64,000 nt of DNA, taken from assembly GCA_949294455.1 (NCBI GenBank), contig CASFHD010000001.1, positions 9,556 through 73,555 of the forward strand, written 5' to 3'. Within the stretch, counting starts at the first letter, position 1. Each line of letters opens with the position of its first letter. Made by a program: the position numbers and the translations under genes. The notes below the pieces were generated by a model that worked only from the letters and a program-made list of their open reading frames with translations, was not told where the DNA came from and searched no databases. Below are positions 18,475 to 26,495 of the stretch, in pieces. The DNA comes from an uncultured Christensenella sp. GTDB taxonomy: Bacteria; Bacillota; Clostridia; Christensenellales; UBA1242.

Positions 18475-19722
18475 ATGTTTATAAATTGTTATAATCATAA
18501 AATATGTTGCAAAAGAAATATAAATACAAAATTATCTAACAACAAATATAAACTTAGTGCAATTGGTCCAACTGGACCAGCTGGTCCAGTTGGTTTGACA
18601 GGGCCTACAGGACCTACAGGGCCAATAGGTTTAACAGGACCTACAGGACCTCAAGGAATACAAGGGCCTACAGGACCTACAGGGCCAGCAACAACTTTAG
18701 TAAGAGTTGTTTCAACGACAACAATACCTTCTGGTGAAAATGCAAGAGTCGAGCAAACAAATGTAGGTCAAACTGCTGAATTATCATTTTTTATTCCACA
18801 AGGTGCGACCGGACCTACCGGCCCAACAGGCACTTCTGGTAGCATAGGAGCCACGGGTCCCACTGGCCCCACAGGTGCTTCAGGAGCAGCAGGAATAACC
18901 GGACCAACAGGACCTACAGGACCAATGGGTTTAACAGGTTCTACCGGACCTACAGGACCTTCTGGGCAAATAGGTGCTACCGGGCCTACAGGACCAAGCG
19001 GACCTTCGGGAAATACAGTTTTTAATCCATATAATGTGTTTGTAAGAAGTAATACCATTGGTGGAAATGGGACACAAGCAAATCCTTTTCCAAGTCTTGA
19101 AGATGCTTTAAATGTAGTAGCGAACAATGGAACAATTGAACTTTATGATGGGTTTTATCCTATTGATACTACAACTACTTTATCTAAAAATAATATAACG
19201 ATAAAGGGAAAACCTAACGCCACTATATTATTAACCGCAAGTACAGTACCATTGCTTATAACCGGTAGTGGTAATGTAATTGAGGGACTAACCTTTACTA
19301 GCGACAATCCATACCCTGTTGAATTTGTGCAAATTGGTGGAAATAATAATGTAATTAGAAATAATATATTTTATGGACCAACACAATCAGGTAGTTCAGA
19401 CATTTGGGTAACTAATCGAGGCATAGTTACACAAAATAACACTACTAATAATTGGATTGATGGAAATATTTTCTATTCACTAAGACAAAGCGGATATTTA
19501 AATCCAAATTCGACCGGATATATAACACATAATGTTGTATTCAACACTAGAGGATGGGTGGTTGACCAAGCATTATTTCAATTTTCTGGAAATTCTTGGG
19601 GAGACCCCACAAATGCCGTTGACATTGCGCTGTTATCTGGTACTACATCTGGAGCCCCTTATAGTTCAGTTTCTGAACTTCAAGAAAATAATAGCAATGC
19701 TAATATTAGTGACCAAAGATAA
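18475..19722 (+). CDS. collagen-like (G-P-T repeat) protein with C-terminal right-handed beta-helix (DUF1565/pectate-lyase-like) domain
   Basis: Two Gly-X-Y tracts (aa ~31-72 and ~110-179, mostly GPTGPTGP) are separated by a ~40-aa spacer. The C-terminus has [27 protein letters not shown] and repeated NN.I.GN/NVI..N turns. No signal peptide is seen. Confidence 0.8.
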   Translation: MFINCYNHKICCKRNINTKLSNNKYKLSAIGPTGPAGPVGLTGPTGPTGPIGLTGPTGPQGIQGPTGPTGPATTLVRVVSTTTIPSGENARVEQTNVGQTAELSFFIPQGATGPTGPTGTSGSIGATGPTGPTGASGAAGITGPTGPTGPMGLTGSTGPTGPSGQIGATGPTGPSGPSGNTVFNPYNVFVRSNTIGGNGTQANPFPSLEDALNVVANNGTIELYDGFYPIDTTTTLSKNNITIKGKPNATILLTASTVPLLITGSGNVIEGLTFTSDNPYPVEFVQIGGNNNVIRNNIFYGPTQSGSSDIWVTNRGIVTQNNTTNNWIDGNIFYSLRQSGYLNPNSTGYITHNVVFNTRGWVVDQALFQFSGNSWGDPTNAVDIALLSGTTSGAPYSSVSELQENNSNANISDQR

Positions 19723-19931
19723 TATTTATAATTACAATTTTAATTTTTGAATACCTTAAAAATTAAAAACAAAAAAAGATAACCTTATAATGTGTCAAAT
19801 TAGTAATATATTAAACTAAACGCTTAAAAAATGACAAATGAATGAATTTGTTAAAACTTTAAGTGTTTTTTTATTATTAAATTTAAGATAAAAACCATAT
19901 ATTAAAATTTTAAAAATTTTGTAAAAATATC

Positions 19932-19960
19932 TTGACTAATAAATTTAAATGATGTATATT
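19932..19960 (+). promoter_or_regulatory. promoter of tRNA-Met/tRNA-Glu operon
   Basis: TTGACT (19932-19937), a 17-nt spacer, then TATATT (19955-19960). Confidence 0.5.
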
Positions 19961-19969
19961 TTAGAGTAT

Positions 19970-20045
19970 GGCGGCATAGCTCAGCGGTTAGAGCGATCGG
20001 TTCATACCCGATAGGTCGAAAGTTCAAGTCTCTCTGCCGCTACCA
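19970..20045 (+). tRNA. tRNA-Met(CAU) (elongator-like; Ile2 not excluded)
   Basis: Hand fold gives D-arm gctc-agcggtta-gagc and anticodon stem atcgg/ccgat with loop ttCATac, ending ...gccgctACCA. There is one A-C mismatch in the T-stem. Confidence 0.8.
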
Positions 20046-20052
20046 CTAATTA

Positions 20053-21771
20053 TTAATATGGTGCCATGGTCAAGCGGTTAAGACACCGCCCTTTCACGGC
20101 GGTATCAGGGGTTCGATTCCCCTTGGCACTACCAAAGCAAATATCACTCGGAATATTGCATTCCTGAGTGATATTTTCATTTTCTGAGGTTTCTAGCAAG
20201 CCATATTTTTCCAAGTCAGCGTTTGTGATTGACATTTCGGCAATAGAACCCTCATAAGGTAAAATATTGATAAAGGTTTCAACTCGGTCTTTATAAACCA
20301 CGACACGATTAAGCAAAGTGTTGATAATTGTTCTTTGGTCTTCAACTTTTCCGCTTTTTAATAATTTCAAAACCTTGCAGTAAGAACGGCGAACTTGGTC
20401 TTTTGTAATAAACTCAGCCAAACCCATATTTGTTTCGTTTTTAAGATTTGCAAGAATTTTAATTTTTTCATCAGTAAGAGCATCCAACTGAGTTTCAAAC
20501 ATTTCAGTATATTTTCCTGTTTCGGCCACTATCTTTGTCAAGTTGCCAATTTTACGCTCAATATCTTGCAAATTCTTTTCAAGCCTTTTAATAATTTCGC
20601 TGTTGTTATTTCTTTCTTTATAGAACTCAGCAAAACGGTCAAGTATGCTTGCAACAAACTCTCCACTTTTTACAACTTTTTCAATTTCTTTTATTACAAA
20701 GTTTTCAATGGCTTCTTTGCGAATAGATATCATTTTGCAGTCATCATTATTACGCCCGCAACGATAATAGTGATAAGGTTGTCCGTTTTTGTAGTGAGTA
20801 GAGCCTGTAAATTGAGCTCCACAATTTCCGCAAACAATTTTACCAGTCAATAGATAACTAACCAGTGAGCGAGCATTTGGTTGATGTTTGCGAGCATTTA
20901 GCATTTGCTGAACTTTGTCAAAGTCTTCTTTGTCGATTATTTTTGGCAGTCCACCTTCGTTGCGTATTACTTCGGTGTCCATATAATTGACTTGTTTACC
21001 TTTGTTATACTCCAAAATATAAACACCTGTGTAACGCTCATTTCTTAAAATTTTATCAATATTAGTTGCTTTGAAATCTCCACCTTTTGAATTCTTGTAG
21101 CCACACTCTTTTAATCGTGCTAATATTTCATTTCTACTTGCACCAGCCAAGAACATATCAAAAATAAGTTTTACAGTGGCAGAATGTTCCGGGTGGAGAG
21201 TATAAATATTTACGGGTTTAGCCTTTCCAGTCTTGCTATATTTTTTAACAATATTGCCATTTTCATCTAATTTTGGTGTCAACATATAGCCAAAAGTGCA
21301 ACTTCCAACGCTTATACCATTTCTAACATTTTCAACCATTCCGCCCAATACACCACGAGCAAGATTTTTTACATAGTATTGATTCATTGCTTCAAACAGA
21401 CTTTCTATGATTTCTCCCTCGGGCGTATTCTCAATTCTTTCAATAACTGAAAAGACAGAAACACCATTTTCTTTTAGTTTATGTTTAGCATTAGCACTTA
21501 CAAACTTATCACGAGAGAATCTATCAAGTTTCCACACTAGCACTAAATTAAACCCTTTCTTTTTACTATCCTCTATCATTTTTTGAAAGTCTGGTCTTTC
21601 TTCCGTTGTTCCAGAATACCCGTGGTCAATATACCAGTTAATTATTTTAATTCCATTCTCATCAGCATATTTTTGAATTTCTCGTTGTTGGTGGTCTAAA
21701 CTTTCTTCTCGCTGTTTATCGGTTGAAACTCTACAATAGCCAACCGCAACCTTATTTGATTCTTTATTCAT
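20053..21771 (-). CDS. large serine recombinase (integrase)
   Basis: Has the catalytic N-terminus VAVGYCRVSTDKQ, a recombinase domain, a zinc ribbon (CGNCGAQF...YYRCGRNNDDC) and a coiled coil. Start set at ATG 21771 behind AAAGGAGG. The last 24 codons are antisense to tRNA-Glu. Confidence 0.9.
   Translation of the reverse strand: MNKESNKVAVGYCRVSTDKQREESLDHQQREIQKYADENGIKIINWYIDHGYSGTTEERPDFQKMIEDSKKKGFNLVLVWKLDRFSRDKFVSANAKHKLKENGVSVFSVIERIENTPEGEIIESLFEAMNQYYVKNLARGVLGGMVENVRNGISVGSCTFGYMLTPKLDENGNIVKKYSKTGKAKPVNIYTLHPEHSATVKLIFDMFLAGASRNEILARLKECGYKNSKGGDFKATNIDKILRNERYTGVYILEYNKGKQVNYMDTEVIRNEGGLPKIIDKEDFDKVQQMLNARKHQPNARSLVSYLLTGKIVCGNCGAQFTGSTHYKNGQPYHYYRCGRNNDDCKMISIRKEAIENFVIKEIEKVVKSGEFVASILDRFAEFYKERNNNSEIIKRLEKNLQDIERKIGNLTKIVAETGKYTEMFETQLDALTDEKIKILANLKNETNMGLAEFITKDQVRRSYCKVLKLLKSGKVEDQRTIINTLLNRVVVYKDRVETFINILPYEGSIAEMSITNADLEKYGLLETSENENITQECNIPSDICFGSAKGNRTPDTAVKGRCLNRLTMAPY
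20060..20134 (+). tRNA. tRNA-Glu(UUC)
   Basis: Anticodon stem ccgcc/ggcgg with loop ctTTCac, T-arm agggg-ttcgatt-cccct and an encoded CCA. Confidence 0.9.
20129..20154. other. attL (core CTACCAA + P' arm)
   Basis: The core is 20129-20135, the last bases of tRNA-Glu. The arm motif TCACTCGGAAT is at 20144-20154. Confidence 0.55.
20141..20184 (+). terminator. hairpin + T-rich tract that can terminate the tRNA operon in the integrated state
   Basis: atatcactcggaat / attcctgagtgatat (one bulge) followed by tttcatttt. It lies inside the 3' end of the recombinase ORF on the other strand. Confidence 0.45.
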
Positions 21772-21940
21772 TTGTTTGTCCTCCTTTGTTTTCTTCTTTT
21801 TGTTCATTTTTCAATTCTTTCATTATTAGTTCAAATAAAGGGAAAAGTTCTTTTTTATCAATTTCTTTTAATGAACCAATAGTTGTATCAACTGTTTGAT
21901 ACTCAATTTTTTGTTTTTTCGCAATAAAGCGTATATTCAT
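21764..21940 (-). CDS. 58-aa ORF translationally overlapping the recombinase start (possible directionality/regulatory factor)
   Basis: Manual translation: MNIRFIAKKQKIEYQTVDTTIGSLKEIDKKELFPLFELIMKELKNEQKEENKGGQTNE*. Its stop overlaps the recombinase ATG. There is no SD, and it is below the ORF-track size cut-off. Confidence 0.3.
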   Translation of the reverse strand: MNIRFIAKKQKIEYQTVDTTIGSLKEIDKKELFPLFELIMKELKNEQKEENKGGQTNE

Positions 21941-22029
21941 AATTTTTTCGCAAAAATTTAACTTGCAATTTTATTAAAGCACATTAAAAATAATAATGGA
22001 ACCTTATAAAACACAAATTTCAATTTTGC

Positions 22030-22848
22030 TCATACCTCCTCATCTTCTTTTTTATTTTTTAAAATTAAAACTTTTTTATCAATGCAATTTCTTTTCTTTT
22101 GTGTGGTAGGGTCATAGTATTGATGTGATTTAAAATACACTTCATATTCTTCACTATTTTGCAACGCAGAATATTCTTCTGGTGTAAATAAAACATCCTT
22201 ACTTTTTGCTCTTGGTAAATTTGGACTAATGTAAATTATTCTTGCACCTTTCGGGTAGCGGGTAAACTTATTGTCCTTTCCATTGGTCATATTATGTTTT
22301 AGATTTGTTAGATAATCAAAAAGACCAAATCTGTTTTTGACAGCCTTAATATCAACCAAACCCCAACCCCACATTTTGTGCAAATCTTCGCAAGTCAAAT
22401 CAATATTTTTACTATCAAAAACCAAAATACAATGTATATGGAAAAAACCATTTTTTTGCAATTCAATAAATCTAGCAGTGCCAATAAAATGATTTTTTAC
22501 TTTTTCACGAACCTCGCCAATAAAATGCTTAAACCTTTTGCTAACTTTGTTATAAATGTTATATTTCTCTTTGCTTATTGTAAGGGAAACAAAACGACAA
22601 TTTTTGTCAATCAAGTCCAGTTCAAAAAGTCTTCCAAAATTATGATTTTTTGTCCTTTTTAATGCTTTTTTGGTCATAGGTTCGTTGCGATTTACGGGCG
22701 GACACCGACATCGCTTTTTAATGAAACTTTTAGCACCATTTATAACCTTTTTACCCACGATTGCTTTGCGACCATTTGAGTATGTTATTACTTTTGCTTG
22801 AATAAATTGCTGTGGTAAAACGGGTAAATCTTTACTTTCAACTTTCAT
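22030..22848 (-). CDS. HUH rolling-circle replication initiator-like protein
   Basis: Motif I is FVSLTIS, motif II is FFHIHCILVF (H-U-H) and motif III is the candidate GLFDYLTNLK. Start set at MKVESKD behind AAAGGAG (22848). Confidence 0.55.
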   Translation of the reverse strand: MKVESKDLPVLPQQFIQAKVITYSNGRKAIVGKKVINGAKSFIKKRCRCPPVNRNEPMTKKALKRTKNHNFGRLFELDLIDKNCRFVSLTISKEKYNIYNKVSKRFKHFIGEVREKVKNHFIGTARFIELQKNGFFHIHCILVFDSKNIDLTCEDLHKMWGWGLVDIKAVKNRFGLFDYLTNLKHNMTNGKDNKFTRYPKGARIIYISPNLPRAKSKDVLFTPEEYSALQNSEEYEVYFKSHQYYDPTTQKKRNCIDKKVLILKNKKEDEEV

Positions 22849-22874
22849 TTTTTGCTCCTTTTTTGAATTGAGAT

Positions 22875-22897
22875 GGCAAGTATTTTTATTTCTTGCC
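22875..22897. other. hairpin in rep/recombinase divergent region (candidate nick/operator site)
   Basis: ggcaag-tatttttattt-cttgcc: a 6-bp stem with an 11-nt AT loop. Confidence 0.25.
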
Positions 22898-22917
22898 TCA
22901 CTTACAAATACAAAACC

Positions 22918-22946
22918 TTGCAAAACTTCTTTCATTCTGATATAAT
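22918..22946 (+). promoter_or_regulatory. consensus-like promoter giving a (near) leaderless mRNA
   Basis: TTGCAA (22918-22923), a 17-nt spacer, then TATAAT (22941-22946). The ATG is at 22953, only 6 nt after the -10, and there is no SD. Confidence 0.5.
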
Positions 22947-22952
22947 ATTTTT

Positions 22953-24080
22953 ATGAAATGTGAGAAATGTCAAAGAGAACTTGCCAAAAACGGCATAAAA
23001 AAAGGTGTGCAATATTATTACTGCACACATTGTGGAAAATCTTATTCAAATAAAAAACCTAAAAAATTAAAACATAATATTTTTGAAGAGTATATTGCAC
23101 AACTGATGAATGAAAATTGCGTTGAAAAGAAAAATGAATTTACGCAAACTGTATGGAATATAAATCAAGTAGCTCGTTTATTAGGACATCAATATAGAGA
23201 TGTTCAAAAATGGTCTAGAAAAAAAGCTCCTCCAATAGATGCTCAACTTATTGAATACATTGAAAGTAAAAATAATGGTTTTGATATACTATGCGTTTTA
23301 GGCATTCGCACGGCAGAAAATCCTAGCGAATTTATAAATGAAATAATCACTAGAAAAAAGCGTCCCAAACTTCAAAAAAAGAAATGGGAAAAACTTTTTA
23401 GCATATCAGATTTAGAATATTTAAGGCTGGTCAATATGCCTATAACAAATAGAAAAGAAGCTATATTTGTTTTGGGTGCATTGCTCGGTTGCCGCACTAG
23501 TGAAATCGTAGGCGTAAAATATTCTGACATTGATTTTGATAAAAAAATAATACACTTTCATCGGACTGTTACATTTGGAAAATACTTTGAGATTAGTGAA
23601 AGAAATAAACTAATAAGCAATAGAAAATACCCTCTTACTGATAGAATGATTAAAGTAATTAAGTGGTTAAAAGAAGATAATGAATGCAATAAAAATAAAT
23701 TAGATAAAAAATTTTATAAAGAATATTCAGACTTTTTATGTATTCAAGAAAATGGCTATTTTATTAACTCCAACACTCTAAATAAAGACACAAAAGATAT
23801 TCGTGAAAAATGCAAAATTGAAACTGAAATACCATACATTCGGCAGTCTAAAACAGACGGAAATGTGTATGAAAATGTTAGAAAATTTCAATTCAAATGG
23901 TTGCGTTACACGGTTAAACTTATGATGATAAAAGCAGGAGTTAGTGAAAATGATATTCAAAATATTTTCGGCTATAATAATTGGTCACACAATGCAAATG
24001 ATTTTGAAATAATGCGAAAAGCCTATGATTTGTTAGATAAATACATAGAAGAAAAAAGCAATCAGGTAAAAAATAAGTAA
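22953..24080 (+). CDS. Zn-ribbon + tyrosine-recombinase-like protein with non-canonical catalytic boxes
   Basis: The N-terminus has CEKC...(17)...CTHC. The C-terminal half has LGALLGCRTSEIVGVKYSDIDFD (box I Arg). The usual HxLRH reads KWLRY and the usual GH reads GY. Confidence 0.55.
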   Translation: MKCEKCQRELAKNGIKKGVQYYYCTHCGKSYSNKKPKKLKHNIFEEYIAQLMNENCVEKKNEFTQTVWNINQVARLLGHQYRDVQKWSRKKAPPIDAQLIEYIESKNNGFDILCVLGIRTAENPSEFINEIITRKKRPKLQKKKWEKLFSISDLEYLRLVNMPITNRKEAIFVLGALLGCRTSEIVGVKYSDIDFDKKIIHFHRTVTFGKYFEISERNKLISNRKYPLTDRMIKVIKWLKEDNECNKNKLDKKFYKEYSDFLCIQENGYFINSNTLNKDTKDIREKCKIETEIPYIRQSKTDGNVYENVRKFQFKWLRYTVKLMMIKAGVSENDIQNIFGYNNWSHNANDFEIMRKAYDLLDKYIEEKSNQVKNK

Positions 24081-24253
24081 AGTAAAACAGCGGTTATAAA
24101 CACCGCTTTTATTGATAGAATAAAACCACAAACCAGTCCTCAACCAGCCTTGTAAAAGAATTGTCGGGCTTGTGAAACACAATAAAGTAAGAAATTTCAA
24201 TAAAAATATCGACAAATGTTTCCTTTTTTGCATTCATTGTGCTATAATACTAT

Positions 24254-24426
24254 TGCGACCTTACAACTTCATATTTTATTTTTAGCACGCAAGCGATTTA
24301 ATTTTGTTTGGCTATTCACTGATTACCCAACGCTTTGCGTGAGTTGTAAGGTCGCACTTCAACGAGGGTGTCGGTATTAGCACTGTGTCGCTCTCATTGA
24401 GGGCGGCACTTTTATTTTGTGCCAAT
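24254..24426 (+). ncRNA. structured leader / candidate ncRNA upstream of the nuclease operon
   Basis: An extended -10 TGcTATAAT (24240-24248) places the TSS at about 24255. A 15-bp perfect long-range stem pairs 24254-24268 with 24342-24356. It encloses a second stem (24286-24295 / 24331-24341). A hairpin ggcac-ttttatttt-gtgcc follows at 24406-24424. Confidence 0.4.
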
Positions 24427-24440
24427 TTTAAGGAGTAGAT

Positions 24441-25580
24441 ATGGCAGAAATACCAACCGAAAAAGAATTACAAGTTTTTGCATTAAACTTTGACAATGCG
24501 GTCATTCGCCCACTTGTTAGGGCTGGTTATGATAAATACAATGTATTTGACATTTTGAATATTAACCGACAAGAATTAAGGCATAGTGATTTTTTGGCGT
24601 TTCTTTTAGACCCTAGCAAAAGTGGAAATATCGGTCATCAGTTTTTAAGAAATTTTTTGACGCTACTTGCAAAAGATATAACGAGCGAACTTGACTTTTT
24701 TGATATGCTTTATGGAAACATTGACAAAGTCAATGTGTATCGTGAGATTGCAGTAAAAGATGGGCGAATTGATATTCTTTTCGACCTTGAAATTACAAAA
24801 AATGAAACTCAAAAAATTGTTGTTGCTATCGAAAACAAAGTTGATTCTGACCAGCACGACAACCAACTTGAAAAATATAAAAATTTCCTTTGTAGCGGAA
24901 AATATAAAAACCATAAAAAAGTTATGCTATATTTAACCCCAAACAAAGCAAATTCAAGTTATACTGAATGGCTTGAAATAGACTACAAATTTATATTTGA
25001 TGTTTTACAAAAAGTCAACATAGACTCAGCCGACAACATAATTAAAACACTTATTGAGGATTACAAAAAAATAATAGAAAGGGAATTTGATATGAACAAT
25101 GAATTTGAATTGAAAAAACAAGCATTAGAGATATATAGAAACAATAAAAAAGTGTTAGATTTTATCTTTGAAAGCAAGCCAAATTGGATACAAGAAACAT
25201 CAAAGATTTTATCAAAATTGCTTGAACAAAAAGGTGCAACCATTGTAACGGAAAATAAAAAACAACTTGTTCCAACAACAAATAGGGGTCAAGTGAATTT
25301 GATGTTCAGAATAAACGAACTTGCAAATTACCCAACCCATTACTTTCAAATATGCGTAAATGAAATGTCTTTGTTGTTTGTAAAAAATTCCACTCAAAAC
25401 CAATGTCCAAAACAATGGCTGTTTGGAAATAAGCAAGATTCAAGTGAGGCAGTTGAAAAATACCAACAACTTGTTTTGAATGACAATACACAATTTTTGG
25501 AAGAAGATTGCAAACAAATAGTAGAAAAAATATTTGAGCCAAATGGTGCTATTTCAAAAGCACTTGCAACACTTAATTAA
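24441..25580 (+). CDS. PD-(D/E)XK nuclease superfamily protein (PDDEXK_4-like)
   Basis: N-terminal ELRHSDFLAFLLDPSKSGNIGHQFLRNFL and the core GRIDILFDLE...VVAIENKVDS (D...E.K). RBS is aaggag. Confidence 0.7.
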   Translation: MAEIPTEKELQVFALNFDNAVIRPLVRAGYDKYNVFDILNINRQELRHSDFLAFLLDPSKSGNIGHQFLRNFLTLLAKDITSELDFFDMLYGNIDKVNVYREIAVKDGRIDILFDLEITKNETQKIVVAIENKVDSDQHDNQLEKYKNFLCSGKYKNHKKVMLYLTPNKANSSYTEWLEIDYKFIFDVLQKVNIDSADNIIKTLIEDYKKIIEREFDMNNEFELKKQALEIYRNNKKVLDFIFESKPNWIQETSKILSKLLEQKGATIVTENKKQLVPTTNRGQVNLMFRINELANYPTHYFQICVNEMSLLFVKNSTQNQCPKQWLFGNKQDSSEAVEKYQQLVLNDNTQFLEEDCKQIVEKIFEPNGAISKALATLN

Positions 25581-25589
25581 GGAGTAAAA

Positions 25590-25772
25590 ATGAAAAAATT
25601 TGAGGTGACATTTCGCATAATCCCTAATTCCTTTCTTGGCATTTTAACAATGACAGAAAATCAAATGATAGTTTCTGCATATAGTGAGGGTTTAGCCAAA
25701 AATCAAGTAAAGCAAATGTTCGCTGGTCAAAATGTTCAAATATTGTCTTGCAAAGAAGTAAAGCAACATTAA
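25590..25772 (+). CDS. small hypothetical protein
   Basis: 60 aa with RBS aaggag, 9 nt after the nuclease stop. Confidence 0.4.
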   Translation: MKKFEVTFRIIPNSFLGILTMTENQMIVSAYSEGLAKNQVKQMFAGQNVQILSCKEVKQH

Positions 25773-25847
25773 CATTTTATTTAAAATTAACCCAAATAGA
25801 TTGGACTAATATATTTTTTTAAGTTTTAATGGAAATAGGAGGTAAAA

Positions 25848-26051
25848 ATGATATACGCATTTATCGCGTTCGGTGTGGCAGTTTTAATCACAGCAATCGT
25901 TTTAATTGCAGCAAAGGTGTGGAAAAAGAAATCATCAAAAGGTGAAAACCCGCTTGCAGAATTAAACGAACTTAAAGAAAAGGGCTTAATAACTGAACAA
26001 GAATACAATGAGAAAAAAGCAGAAATTTTAAGTCGTGGAGGTAAAAAATGA
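25848..26051 (+). CDS. 1-TM SHOCT-domain protein
   Basis: 67 aa. An N-terminal TM helix is followed by LAELNELKEKGLITEQEYNEKKAEIL (SHOCT motif). RBS is aggagg. Confidence 0.6.
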   Translation: MIYAFIAFGVAVLITAIVLIAAKVWKKKSSKGENPLAELNELKEKGLITEQEYNEKKAEILSRGGKK

Positions 26052-26437
26052 GTAAGAATGGGCAACCTAGCAATCGCATAATTTCACGAAAGTTTGTTGA
26101 AACAACAATTATCATTTTGTTTGCGTTAACATTATTTGTTAGCGTAGGTTTGTTATGTGCTGGCATTATTCTTAGCGTGAACCACGAACAAGATGCAATA
26201 TACTTATATATTGCATCACCTACCATTTTACTTAGTTTTAGCACCTTTATTTCGTTTTTGATAGTTCATATTTTGAAAGTTTGTGAGTTAGAAAAAATAA
26301 ATAGTCACTTAGAAAATGAAAGCCCAAAACAAAGCACGACAGAACAATTAACATATTTGAACGACTTGCAAAATAGAGGCGTTATATCAAAAGAAGAATA
26401 TGAAAAAGAAAAGAAAAACATTTTAAGTAAAATGTAA
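26048..26437 (+). CDS. 2-TM SHOCT-domain protein
   Basis: 129 aa with an ATGA overlap onto the previous gene. The C-terminus LTYLNDLQNRGVISKEEYEKEKKNIL is a SHOCT motif. Confidence 0.6.
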   Translation: MSKNGQPSNRIISRKFVETTIIILFALTLFVSVGLLCAGIILSVNHEQDAIYLYIASPTILLSFSTFISFLIVHILKVCELEKINSHLENESPKQSTTEQLTYLNDLQNRGVISKEEYEKEKKNILSKM

Positions 26438-26495
26438 ATTTAAAGAGTAGTCAAGTTTGCCACTCTTTTTCTAGCAAAATTAAGGAGGTAAAATT

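Noticed and set aside
18540-19010. Short-period GC-rich repeats that could look like a CRISPR or noncoding tandem array
   Set aside because: The 9-nt periodicity is in frame and encodes Gly-Pro-Thr collagen triplets. There is no spacer/repeat organisation and there are no cas genes.
18768-19127. 119-aa minus-strand ORF (GPVGPV...)
   Set aside because: It is the antisense shadow of the collagen repeats; GGN/NCC repeats stay open on both strands.
20141-20174. Near-perfect 14-bp palindrome next to tRNA-Glu, first read as a complete att site
   Set aside because: A full palindrome at only one junction does not fit a hybrid attL. Its left arm is explained as the P' arm (its reverse complement sits at 28098-28108). 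The hairpin plus T-tract is better read as a terminator replacement for the tRNA operon.
20395-20853. 152-aa plus-strand ORF
   Set aside because: It lies antisense inside the serine recombinase gene.
24033-24233. 66-aa minus-strand ORF between the tyrosine-recombinase-like gene and the structured RNA
   Set aside because: It has no SD and overlaps the 3' end of the plus-strand gene. It covers a hairpin (aaacagcggttataaacaccgcttt) that looks like that gene's terminator.
24254-24356. Retron msr/msd-like RNA (long a1/a2-type stem enclosing a hairpin)
   Set aside because: No reverse transcriptase gene is present anywhere in the element or the window. It is kept only as a generic structured leader/ncRNA or sso candidate.
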